Source: Pseudomonadota bacterium (GTDB lineage: Bacteria > Pseudomonadota > Alphaproteobacteria > Caulobacterales > Parvularculaceae). From it: a stretch of DNA of 64,000 bases. Below, piece after piece: positions 1 through 10,000 of this stretch. The position numbers were made by a program, and so were the translations under genes. The notes beneath the pieces are model-generated. The model searched no databases, was not told where the DNA came from, and was given only the letters and a program-made list of their open reading frames with translations. The DNA lies in the NCBI GenBank assembly GCA_038531745.1, contig JBCBBJ010000013.1, forward strand, positions 27,496 to 91,495, given 5' to 3'. The first letter of the stretch is position 1; the number at the start of each line of letters is the position of its first letter.

Positions 1-98
1 CTGGCAGCATGATTTGGCGTCAGCGGGTTTATCATCGGCACTCTTACGTATCGGCACCGATCGCGGCGACTGGGCCTTTTGCACGGGGTCAAAACGCC

Positions 99-3038
99 AT
101 GAAACGCGCGCCAGGCCGCCCATGGCGGCGCGCCCAATGCGCGGCTTTCCTGCGCATGACCACGGCGTTTTTTAGTGCTGGATTTCTGGCGGCCATACCT
201 GCCGCGATGGCCCAACAAAATGGTGCCGCGACCCTTGATGGGGCGGCTGGCTTTCAACCTTTTATCGATGGCCTTGATCCCACTGTTCTCGGCTTTGCAG
301 GTTTATTTGCCCTGACCATCGCCTCCGTCCTGTGGGCGGTGCGCGTTTCGATTGCGTCAAAGACAATTTCAGTGGACTGGTCACGCAATTTGGCACAGAT
401 GGAAGCCGACCTGGAAAAAACCGGGGCGATCTTGTCCGCGCACCCAGGTCTCGTGCTCGTTTGGGAAGATGATGTGGCCGCCCTCGCCCAAGGTTGGGGT
501 GATCCCAAAATTCTCGGGGGACCGGCGGCGCTCGCATCACTCCTGTCTTTCTCCACCGGGCTTGATCCGCTGAATGATTCGGAAAGCCAAAAAAAATCAC
601 CAGTGTCACAGCTGCTCGATACACTTGGTGATCTGCCGCTTGAGGATGATGGCAAAGAGCCCAAGACCTTACGCGAAAAAGTCAGTGATCTGAGAGCCCA
701 CGGCATTCCTTTTTCCGGCGCAGTTGTAACCTTGGAAGGCCGGGCGATTGAGGCCGATGGCCGCGTTGCGGGCAGTCAGGTTGGCCTCTGGCTGACCGAT
801 CCCGCGGCACGCATGGCCGAAGATGACGGCGTTTTGGGCAAAATTCGTGAACGATCAATCGATTTGCATAGCGCGCTTTCTTTCATGGAAAAAACCATGG
901 TGCCAACCTGGCGCCGCGATGCTGATCTTGATCTTGTGTGGGTCAACCGCGCCTATTGCGAGGCGGTGGAAAGTAACTCGCCCAGCGAAGTGCTCCGTAA
1001 GCAGATTGAACTTGACCCTGGTGCCAAAAAGATTGCCGAGGAGGCCTCCGCAACCCGGCAACGCGCTATGGGCCAAATTGTCGTTAATATCGATGGGAAT
1101 CGCCGTGTCCTGAGGATTGTTGAAACGCCCATGCATTCGGCTGGCGGTTCAGGTATTGGCGGCATTGCCTTGGATATCACTGACCTTGACCGCAGTCAGC
1201 GCGATTTGACCGATCATGTGGAGGCCAACCGGAAGATCCTAGACGAGATCCCGTCTGCCGTCGCGCTTTTTGAGGTTGATCAAAGTCTTTCCTATTACAA
1301 TCAGGCGTTTCAGGACCTTTGGGGTTTCGATGATGCGGATCTGGTCGGTCGGCCCACCCACGGCGAAATCCTCGATGATCTCGACCATGGCGGCAAATTG
1401 CCCGAACGGGGCGCCGATTACCGCGCCTGGCGCGAAACACAACTTGATCTTTATACGGGTGATTTGCCCGAGCCCGGAAGCGAGCGCGATGGCGGCGCAC
1501 CGGTTGAACTGTGGAACCTGCCCGATGGGCGGGCCATAAAAGTTATGCGCGAACGTCACGCGTTGGGCGGCGTTCTGCTGGTCTTTGAAGACGTGACCGA
1601 AAAGCTTAAACTCGAAACCAAATACAATACCCAGATGAAAGTGCAGCGCTCGACGCTGAACAATCTTGCTGAAGGCGTTGCCGTTTTTGCGAGCGATGGT
1701 AGCTTGCGACTGTTCAACGAAGCGTTTCGTGAACTCTGGCGGTTTGGCCGTGACTTTCTTGATGGCGCGCCCCACGTGGACGCGATCTTGACGAAAATGG
1801 GTACGCTGGTCCCCGAAACTGACCCTGTCATGGGTTCGATCAAACAACGTATCATTTCCATGTCCCCGGAACATCGCCAGCCGCTCAAGGAGCGGGAGAT
1901 TACTCTGCGTGATGGCCGCACACTTTCCATGGGCACCGAGCCGCTGCCCGATGGGGCCTCGCTGGTTTATTTTCTCGACATCACGGACTCACGTGAGCGC
2001 GAAAAAGAGCTCAAAGAGCGCAACGAAATTCTGGAAGCCGTTGGACATCTGAAATCGAAGTTTGCCGATCATGTGTCACACCAGTTGCGCACACCGCTGG
2101 CGACCATTGTGGGCTTTACCGAAATGCTGGAAAGCCAGATGTTCGGTGTACTGAATGATCGACAAAAAGACTATATCGCCGATATCCTGACGGCGTCCTA
2201 TCATTTGCGTGATCTGATTGATGACGTCATTGACCTAACAGCGATTGATGCGGGCCAGATGACCCTCGAAATCGGTAAAGTCGATTTGCGTCAGTTAGTG
2301 GAAAGCGCGGCGACCTATGCGGCGTTGAAGGCCGAAGATACACGCGTCAACCTCAAGGTTGAATGCGCGCGTGACATTGGGGTGATTGAGGCTGACGAAC
2401 AACGCCTGAAGCAGGTTCTGTTCAACCTGTTGTCCAACTCGTTTGCGTATACGGACCAAGGCGGTCAGGTGACAATCGGTGCAGACCGCGCAGCAGATAT
2501 GGCGCGGCTATGGGTTGAGGATAATGGCCGCGGCGTTTCGCCGGAAGATCAGGCAAAAGCCTTTGATGCCTTTGAAAGCCGAGGCCCAAGTGCCGGGGTT
2601 GGCCTTGGCCTATCTCTGGTCGAACGATTTGTGAAACTCCATGGCGGTTTTGTGCGCCTTGAATCGGCCACCGGCAAAGGAACAAAAGTCACCTGCCACC
2701 TGCCAATCTCCCCGCGAGCAGCACAAGCGCAAATCGTGGCACCAGCAGGCCAGGCAGCAACAACCGGCGCAACGGAAAAGCCAACGCCCAATAATCGTGG
2801 CGGCGATGGTGGCAGCACGCCCAAGCCAAAACGCCCCCGAACCCGCAAAAAAACAGCCGTCAAGTCGAAGGAGGCAGCGCCTGCCGCCGGCACCCGGCCC
2901 CGCCGCCAGAAAACGACAAAGCGCCCGGCGTCCAAAGCGGCGCAAACGCGGACGCTTGGTGAAGACGAGGTCATTGATGTGACCCCGGAAACCGAGGGTC
3001 AGACCGATGAAACGCGCACGCCGGAACCTGCCGAATAA
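99..3038 (+). CDS. Membrane-anchored multi-PAS sensor histidine kinase with a ~108-aa basic Pro/Lys/Arg/Thr-rich C-terminal tail
   Basis: ORF 9..3038. H-box 'HVSHQLRTPLATIVGFTEML'; ATPase boxes 'FNLLSNSFAYT', 'EDNGRGVSPED', 'GVGLGLSLV'. Two hydrophobic segments lie near the N-terminus. ATG at 99 (MKRAPG) is the most plausible start, but this is uncertain. Confidence 0.85.
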   Translation: MKRAPGRPWRRAQCAAFLRMTTAFFSAGFLAAIPAAMAQQNGAATLDGAAGFQPFIDGLDPTVLGFAGLFALTIASVLWAVRVSIASKTISVDWSRNLAQMEADLEKTGAILSAHPGLVLVWEDDVAALAQGWGDPKILGGPAALASLLSFSTGLDPLNDSESQKKSPVSQLLDTLGDLPLEDDGKEPKTLREKVSDLRAHGIPFSGAVVTLEGRAIEADGRVAGSQVGLWLTDPAARMAEDDGVLGKIRERSIDLHSALSFMEKTMVPTWRRDADLDLVWVNRAYCEAVESNSPSEVLRKQIELDPGAKKIAEEASATRQRAMGQIVVNIDGNRRVLRIVETPMHSAGGSGIGGIALDITDLDRSQRDLTDHVEANRKILDEIPSAVALFEVDQSLSYYNQAFQDLWGFDDADLVGRPTHGEILDDLDHGGKLPERGADYRAWRETQLDLYTGDLPEPGSERDGGAPVELWNLPDGRAIKVMRERHALGGVLLVFEDVTEKLKLETKYNTQMKVQRSTLNNLAEGVAVFASDGSLRLFNEAFRELWRFGRDFLDGAPHVDAILTKMGTLVPETDPVMGSIKQRIISMSPEHRQPLKEREITLRDGRTLSMGTEPLPDGASLVYFLDITDSREREKELKERNEILEAVGHLKSKFADHVSHQLRTPLATIVGFTEMLESQMFGVLNDRQKDYIADILTASYHLRDLIDDVIDLTAIDAGQMTLEIGKVDLRQLVESAATYAALKAEDTRVNLKVECARDIGVIEADEQRLKQVLFNLLSNSFAYTDQGGQVTIGADRAADMARLWVEDNGRGVSPEDQAKAFDAFESRGPSAGVGLGLSLVERFVKLHGGFVRLESATGKGTKVTCHLPISPRAAQAQIVAPAGQAATTGATEKPTPNNRGGDGGSTPKPKRPRTRKKTAVKSKEAAPAAGTRPRRQKTTKRPASKAAQTRTLGEDEVIDVTPETEGQTDETRTPEPAE

Positions 3039-3059
3039 AACGGCTCACTAGCGCGGTTT

Positions 3060-3070
3060 CCCCCCCCCCC
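3060..3070. repeat. Homopolymeric C(11) tract in the intergenic region between the kinase and the amidase
   Basis: Counted directly: c at 3060 plus ten c at 3061-3070. It is flanked by cgcgg (3052-3056) and ccgcg (3069-3073), which can pair. Confidence 0.95.
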
Positions 3071-3198
3071 GCGGTAGTTCTCCTATCGGAGCCCACGGTG
3101 CTTCAACCGAGGGATACGTCAAGCGCATTGCATCAGGCCGGGCGCTATTGCATCTTTCTTCCCATCAGAAATATCGATCAGTTGAAAGGGCCCATCCT

Positions 3199-4866
3199 GT
3201 GACCCCACGTGCAATCTCTTTGTTGTCGGCTTTCCTCCTTTGCGGGTGCGATGCCACACCGCCACCGCCATCTCAGGCTGAATCGCAAACAAAAACGGAA
3301 CCGGCAGGAACCCCAGAAGCACAAAGTGGTGGAGGTACTGATGATGACGGGCAATTCCCTGCGCTGCTGCGCGATGACTTGCCAACGCTGGCGGCGAAAC
3401 TGCGCGGCGGCGACATCACGTCGGAGGCGTTGGTTTCTGCCTATCTGGCCCGCATTAATGCAATCGACCGTGCGGGCCCACAGCTTCAGAGTGTTTTGAC
3501 CGTTAATCCCGATGCCTTGCGCGATGCGCGTGCGCTCGATGCGCTGCTTGCCGATGGAACGGTTAAAGGCCCGCTCCACGGGGTCCCCATTCTCCTCAAA
3601 GACAATATCGAAAGCGCGGACGCCATGGCGACCACAGCGGGGGCCATGGTGCTGAAAGAGAATGTAACCGGGCGTGATTCACCGCTGGTGGCGGGCTTAC
3701 GTGCGTCGGGCGCTGTCATCCTTGGTAAAACTAACCTTAGTCAGTGGGCGAATTTTCGATCAAACGGGTCAATCAGTGGCTGGTCAGCGTTGGGGGGTCA
3801 GGTGCGTAACCCCCATATGCTCGATCGGTCCCCCTGCGGATCAAGTTCCGGCTCGGGTGCCGCCATGGCGGCATCGCTCGCCGCGGGCACCGTCGGTACG
3901 GAAACCAATGGTTCAATCATTTGTCCGTCTAATGTGAATGGGATTGTGGGGTTCAAACCCACCGTGGGTCTCGTCTCCCAACAATATATCGTGCCCATTT
4001 CATCGTCTCAGGATACCGCCGGGCCCATGACCAAAACCGTGCGCGGCGCCGCGTTGATGCTGTCGGCAATGGCGCAAGACGGCGCTGACACACTTGATTA
4101 CAGTGCTGGTCTTGATGCGGGTGCGCTCGATGGCGTCCGGGTTGGCGTCTTACGGTTTTCCGTGGGCGATAATGCCGATATCGCCGCCACGTTTGACAAG
4201 GCCCTCGAAGTCTTAAAGGCGGCGGGTGCGACACTGGTCGAAATTGAAGAATTCTCTCTTGATACAGAAGATTTTTGGACGAAATCACGCAATGTTCTGT
4301 ACCATGAGTTTAAGGCGACACTAAACAATTATCTAGCTCAAGCGGCACCGGCGGTGACCGCGCGAACCCTTGATGCGGTGATCGCCTTTAATAAAGACAA
4401 TGCCGCGCATGAATTGGCACTTTTTGACCAGAGCATTTTTGAGGCGGCGGCACCGTTAACTGGTCTGGATGATGAAACCTATCAAAGCAACCGCGACGAA
4501 ATACAGCGCGCCACGGGCCCCGATGGAATTGATGCGCTTTTGGCGACCCATAATGTGCGGGTTCTTGTGTCGCCTTCCGGCCCCCTGACGGCGCGTATCG
4601 ACCCAATTAATGGCGATGTTTGGCCCGACTGGTCGGGCGGCGGCTATCTTGCTGCCATTGCGGGCTATCCGCATTTATCGGTTCCCATGGGGACGGTCCA
4701 CGGCCTGCCTCTGGGGCTGTCTTTCATTGGTACGAAAAATCAGGATGCTGATATTCTTGCCTATGGCTTTGCTTATGAGGCACGCAGTAGGGCGCGCGTG
4801 GACCCGACGTTCATGAATTCAGCTTTTGACCGCCCAGAAATTAAAGCCGCCACCACCCGCCCGTGA
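3199..4866 (+). CDS. Amidase-signature family amidase, probable lipoprotein
   Basis: ORF 3148..4866. AS-family Gly/Ser-rich motif 'CGSSSGSGAAMAASLAAGTVGTETNGSIICPS' and 'LLKDNIE'. An in-frame GTG at 3199 gives 'VTPRAISLLSAFLLCGC', a signal peptide plus lipobox-like sequence, and is preceded by gaaaggg. Confidence 0.8.
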   Translation: MTPRAISLLSAFLLCGCDATPPPPSQAESQTKTEPAGTPEAQSGGGTDDDGQFPALLRDDLPTLAAKLRGGDITSEALVSAYLARINAIDRAGPQLQSVLTVNPDALRDARALDALLADGTVKGPLHGVPILLKDNIESADAMATTAGAMVLKENVTGRDSPLVAGLRASGAVILGKTNLSQWANFRSNGSISGWSALGGQVRNPHMLDRSPCGSSSGSGAAMAASLAAGTVGTETNGSIICPSNVNGIVGFKPTVGLVSQQYIVPISSSQDTAGPMTKTVRGAALMLSAMAQDGADTLDYSAGLDAGALDGVRVGVLRFSVGDNADIAATFDKALEVLKAAGATLVEIEEFSLDTEDFWTKSRNVLYHEFKATLNNYLAQAAPAVTARTLDAVIAFNKDNAAHELALFDQSIFEAAAPLTGLDDETYQSNRDEIQRATGPDGIDALLATHNVRVLVSPSGPLTARIDPINGDVWPDWSGGGYLAAIAGYPHLSVPMGTVHGLPLGLSFIGTKNQDADILAYGFAYEARSRARVDPTFMNSAFDRPEIKAATTRP

Positions 4867-4912
4867 ATAGCGCGGTCATAATTTCACCGGGTTTTCAGGA
4901 GACCTAGCGTCA

Positions 4913-5857
4913 ATGCGATATGTCGTTTTTTCTTTGCTGAGCATCATTGCGATCGGCCTCTCGGGGCCCATTGCCAATGCGCGCCAAGACAGCGACGGGC
5001 AATCGGCCCTACAAGCGCTGATCGATCAATATCTGGCAACACCCGATCACGCCCTTGCCGATATCACTGGCGAGGGTCCACGCATCCCAGAGGATCAAGA
5101 CGCCGCCACGGGGAAAAGCAGCGCAACCACACCGGCGTCAAAACCTGAAGATGAACCGGGTGCCGCCCCCTCAAACGAAGACCCGGCCACCCCGACTTCT
5201 TATGAAACACCGCGCCGCGTCTCTCTGATATATCAAGCTTTGCCCCGCTACGAAGCTTGCATTGCCGGTGTGCGCGATGATCTTTCCAACGGACTGATCA
5301 AAGCGCGCCGGTGGGTGAGCGATGGCGGCGGCCCGCCGGCAATCCATTGTTTGGCCATTGCAGAACTTGCCGGGGACACCCCGCGTCTGGCAGCAATTCG
5401 CCTTTCCGAATTATCAGAGCGCCCAGCGGCCGGCGATGCGCAAACCCGCGCGACCATCAGTGCGCAGGCGGCCGAGGTCTTTTTAGGGCTTAATAGGCCC
5501 GATGCCGCGCTTGATGCGCTAACCCCGGCATTTGCCTTAGCGCCAGACGCTGGCGATCTATTTGCACTCGCCGCCCGCATCCATGTGGCCCGGCGGCGAT
5601 GGCAGCAAGCGGTTGATGCGGTTGACCAGGCCGAGGCCCTCGGTTTCCGCTCCTTGCTGGGGCTGGTGGCCCGCGCGCGCGGGCTCAAAGAGCTTACCCA
5701 ATTCGAATTAGCAGCTGAAGATGTGGCCGCCGCCTTGCGGATCGATCCGTTTTTCCTCGACGCGTTGGTCCTCCGCGGCGAGCTGGCCCAGACCGGCATT
5801 CAGATCAACACAAATTTTCGCCGCCGTGAGCCGCCGCTGCCCGTTGCCCCGGACTAA
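4913..5857 (+). CDS. Secreted hypothetical protein with a helical-repeat (TPR-like) C-terminal half
   Basis: ggaga lies about 10 nt upstream of the ATG. N-terminal signal-like 'MRYVVFSLLSIIAIGLSGPIANA'. An acidic/Pro-rich linker is followed by Ala/Leu-rich helical repeats. Confidence 0.6.
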   Translation: MRYVVFSLLSIIAIGLSGPIANARQDSDGQSALQALIDQYLATPDHALADITGEGPRIPEDQDAATGKSSATTPASKPEDEPGAAPSNEDPATPTSYETPRRVSLIYQALPRYEACIAGVRDDLSNGLIKARRWVSDGGGPPAIHCLAIAELAGDTPRLAAIRLSELSERPAAGDAQTRATISAQAAEVFLGLNRPDAALDALTPAFALAPDAGDLFALAARIHVARRRWQQAVDAVDQAEALGFRSLLGLVARARGLKELTQFELAAEDVAAALRIDPFFLDALVLRGELAQTGIQINTNFRRREPPLPVAPD

Positions 5858-5895
5858 GCACCGCTTGGCATGAACAGCCCGGCGGGCCGACTTTT

Positions 5896-5959
5896 TAGGG
5901 ACTGTTCAGCATCGTTAACGCATCGTTAACGAAAGCAGCCTCTTGTAGGGAGTGTTCAG
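5896..5959 (+). promoter_or_regulatory. Direct-repeat cluster: two 14-bp copies TAGGGA(C/G)TGTTCAG 50 bp apart, bracketing a perfect tandem CATCGTTAACG x2
   Basis: Copies at 5896-5909 and 5946-5959. Tandem 11-mer at 5910-5920 and 5921-5931, each containing palindromic GTTAAC. The cluster sits just upstream of the aagga SD and the 5971 ORF. Confidence 0.5.
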
Positions 5960-5970
5960 TTTAATAAGGA

Positions 5971-6789
5971 TTGGTGGGTTTGGTTCAGGCCGGTAACCAT
6001 CATGATCCCGTCGGCGACCTGCAGGCGCGTTTAGCCGATGTGATTGCAAAGGGTGCGGAAAAGGCTGACACGCCCCCGCACCGGGCACACCCTCGCCGGA
6101 CGGCTTCCAATGGGTTGTCGCGTACTGCGCATTTACATCTGACGAACCTCCTGGCCCGCCCGCTTCCATTTTGTTTTGTTGCCGTCTTCGTTGCCAGTTT
6201 CTACGCGGCAGCGCCGGGGGTTTTGCTGTTGGACCCGGCCAGCCTCGTCTGGTTGCTGATGATTGCGCTCACACTAAGCTTTCTTGCGCGGCAGGGTTTT
6301 GGCTATCGCAGTGGCCAGCATCAAATCGCGTCGCGGCCTTTGCGATGGCGCGCCTATCATCGCGCAGCCATGGGTGTCCTCGGGGTGATTTTGGCGTGCG
6401 GGCCGTTTCTTCTGACGACGCCTGCGTCCCCCTCCATGATACCGCTTTTGGTTATAACCGGCGCCGGGGCGATGACCGCGCTCCTCCAGGCTTGTGATCG
6501 TAACACTAGCTTGCGTTTTATCATGCCCATCTTGATTGGTGATGTCCTTTACCTTTGTACCCTCGGCACAACGCCAATTGGCACGATGATTGGCGGTTTG
6601 ATGATTGGGCTCGCGCTGTTAACGGCTTTGTTGTTTCTGTCCAATCGTGCCGAAACCAAGGCGCGGTTAGACTATCCACCCACGCATATGCGGACCGCTG
6701 CCGACAATGTCGCGTCTTTGCGTCCCGTCAGGGTGCACCGCAACAAGGCGGAGCATCAGCGTCACCCCGAAACGGCGCAAGCGGTCTGA
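5971..6789 (+). CDS. Hypothetical polytopic membrane protein
   Basis: ORF with about 5 hydrophobic helices, for example 'FCFVAVFVASFYAAAPGVLLL', 'LVWLLMIALTLSFLA', 'GVLGVILACGPFLL', 'MIGGLMIGLALLTALLFL'. TTG/GTG start candidates at 5971-5982 follow aagga. No recognisable family. Confidence 0.5.
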   Translation: MVGLVQAGNHHDPVGDLQARLADVIAKGAEKADTPPHRAHPRRTASNGLSRTAHLHLTNLLARPLPFCFVAVFVASFYAAAPGVLLLDPASLVWLLMIALTLSFLARQGFGYRSGQHQIASRPLRWRAYHRAAMGVLGVILACGPFLLTTPASPSMIPLLVITGAGAMTALLQACDRNTSLRFIMPILIGDVLYLCTLGTTPIGTMIGGLMIGLALLTALLFLSNRAETKARLDYPPTHMRTAADNVASLRPVRVHRNKAEHQRHPETAQAV

Positions 6790-7021
6790 ACACTCCCCAC
6801 AGCACGCTCAGCGAAATAACGTATCCACACATCCGGCGTATACGAAGTGTTAGACCCTAAGGGTCCATACATCGTCCGGATTCGCGAGGCGAGATATGGT
6901 TGACGTGCCCGTTTTTCAGGTTCAAACCGCCCGTCAAACAGAGCCCACCGCACCCGCGTCAGCCCGCCATTCGGGGCCCTGATTTATTGATCGCTTACGC
7001 CCCCTTCTGGATTTTTGCCCC

Positions 7022-10000
7022 ATGACCCAAGCGCTTGTGCCCACCCTCGAAGATGAACATGTGCTGAAAGCCCTGATTGACCATGCCGGGCGCCAAACCG
7101 AAGGCGACTGGCGCGACGGGGACCACACCGACCCTGCGTTTGAAAGCCTGCTTGAACAGTTCGCGCGATTTGCAACCGGTGATGATTATCTTTGGGCCCA
7201 TCCTGACCTTCTATTCGAGCGCGCGGCACGGGTCTGGGCCGCTGGACAAACGCGCACAGCAAACACCTCCATCATTGATTTGAGTATCGCCGCCGAGGAC
7301 CGCGCCAATGCCGGCGGCGCCAACGCGAACGGGGATGCTGCCCGCCAATCGCGGCGAACCGTCCTTAAACTGATCACCGAAGATAAACCTTTCGTTGTGG
7401 ATAGTATTACCGCCGCAATCACCGAAGCGGGCAAGGCAATTCACTTTTTTGTCAATGCGGTTCTCGATACGCCACGAACCAGCGATGGCGTGCGCACACA
7501 TCCCAGTGAAGCGGGCAGCGTTACAACGCGCGAATCTGTTATTTATGCTGAGCTTGATGGGCCTATCGACAGTGAAGAGCTGGAAATTCTTGAGGGTGAA
7601 CTAAAACGCGTTCTATTTGACGTGGAGGCAGCCGTCGCCGATTGGCAGGCCATGCGTATGCGGATGGAATCTGCGATTATCCGCCTGCGCTATCTAAAGT
7701 TAAAAACTGTTTCCAGCGAAGACCTTTCGGAGGTCTGTCATTTTCTTACTTGGGTCTTGAATGATCAATTTGCGTTCCTCGGGGTGCGCCGATACAAGGC
7801 CTCAACAGTTGATGGGCAACTGGTTTTTGAGCGTGACCCCGTAGGCGACCTCGGTACACTGAAGGATTCAACCCGGCGTATTCTGAAAAACACTTATTCG
7901 GCAAATGGTGAGCTGTCACCGGCGGTGGAGGATTTCCTGCGATCCGAAGAGCCCTTGCTGATCGCCAAGGCAAACTCCAAGTCTATTGTCCATAGGCGTA
8001 CTTATCAGGATTACCTTGGTGTCAAACTTTATGATGATGCGGGCAACCTTGTGGGTGAGGACAGGTTTATCGGGCTCTTCACCGCTGATGCCTATAATCG
8101 ACCCGCGACGGAGATCCCGCTTTTGCGCGCCAAGGTGGATAAGATTATAAAAGCCTCTCCTTTTGTCGCTGGCGGGCACAATGAAAAGGCGCTCTTACAT
8201 ATCCTCGAAACATATCCGCGTGATGAGCTTTTTCAAGTTGATGTGGAAACCTTGCGCGACACCTGTATTGAGATTTTACGGCTTTATAAACGCCCGCGCG
8301 TTAAACTAATCCTACGCCGTGACCGGTTTGATCGATTTATCAGCGCATTTGTTTTTATCCCGCGCGACGTTTTCAATTCTGACAGGCGCCATGCCATTGG
8401 GCAGGTTTTGGCCAAGAGCTTTGATGGCCGGGTATCGGCTTTCTATCCTCATTTTGGCGATGCTGCGCTGGTGAGGGTTCACTTTATTATCGGTATTAAT
8501 CCGGGTGCCCCGCAAGGACCCGGGATCACCAAGCTTACCCATGACATTCGTACGCTCTGCCGCGATTGGGATGACGATCTTTTAGCAACTATTCGTAACA
8601 CGGTGCGGTCTGTCACCCCGCGCGTTTTATTTGATAAATATCGCAACGCCTTTGATGGAGGTTATCGCGACCATGTGGGCGCAGACCAGGCGCTTGAAGA
8701 CATTATGGCGATCGAAGCCCTGGGCGAGGCACCGCACCGGGTGCGTGCTTATCGTAAGGCCGATGACCCCGATACACTGTTTCGCTTGTCACTTTATCTA
8801 CGCAAGGGTCCAGCACGCTTGTCCGACCTGATCCCCACGCTGGAGAATTTCGGCCTGAGTATCATGACCGAAAATGCGCACCATGTGGTTCCGGGAAGTA
8901 ACGACGCGAGCGCGGAATCGGTTTGGATCCACGACTTCAAAACCGAAACGCAAGCCTGCACAGCAATTGATTTTCAGCGTACGAAAGAAATTTTCGAAGC
9001 AGCTATGGACGCTATCCTTAAGGGGGCGTGTGAGGATGATGGCTTTAACCGCTTGATTATTACGGCCGGTCTGAACTGGCGCGAAGCGTGGTTTTTGCGC
9101 GCGGCTGCCAAGCACCATTTGCAAACAGGGTTTGCATATTCACAGCGCTATATTGAAGACGCCTTGGTCAATCACCCTGCCATTAGCCAGGCGCTGATCC
9201 GGGCGTTTCACGCGAAGTTTGCACCTAACGCCCATGGCGATCAGGACGCCGCGGATACGCCCGATTACGATACCGAAATCGACACCATCCTTACCATGTT
9301 GGATGCGGTCACAAGCCTTGATGAAGACCGGATTCTGCGCCGATTTGTCAATTTACTGGGCGCCATGACACGCACAAATTACTATCAGACGAGCGCAGAT
9401 GCGGATTTTCGCCCCTGTCTGGCGATCAAGATCGACAGCGCAAAACTAGAAGAAATCCCAACACCAAAGCCCTATCGGGAAATCTTCGTTTCCGGGCCCG
9501 CCATTGACGGGGTTCATTTGCGCTTCGGGCCGATCGCCCGAGGCGGCTTGCGCTGGTCAGACCGCAAGGAAGATTTCCGTACTGAGGTTTTGGGGCTTGT
9601 AAAAGCCCAGCGCGTGAAGAATGCCGTCATTGTGCCCAATGGGGCAAAAGGCGGTTTTTATCCCAAGCAGTTACCCAATAGTGGGGACCGGAACGCGACG
9701 TATGAGGCCGGACGTGCGGCCTATAAGCTATTCATCAGGAGCCTTCTTGATGTGACGGACAATATAATCGATGGCGAGATCATTCGCCCACAGAATGTTG
9801 TCTCTCATGATGGTGACGATCCTTATTTAGTTGTTGCCGCCGACAAGGGCACCGCACAGTTTTCCGATACGGCTAACGCTATCTCCGTCGATTACGGGTT
9901 CTGGCTTGGCGATGCCTTCGCGTCGGGTGGCTCGGTGGGGTATGATCACAAAGCCATGGGTATTACCGCCCGCGGCGCGTGGGAAGCGGTCAAACGCCAT

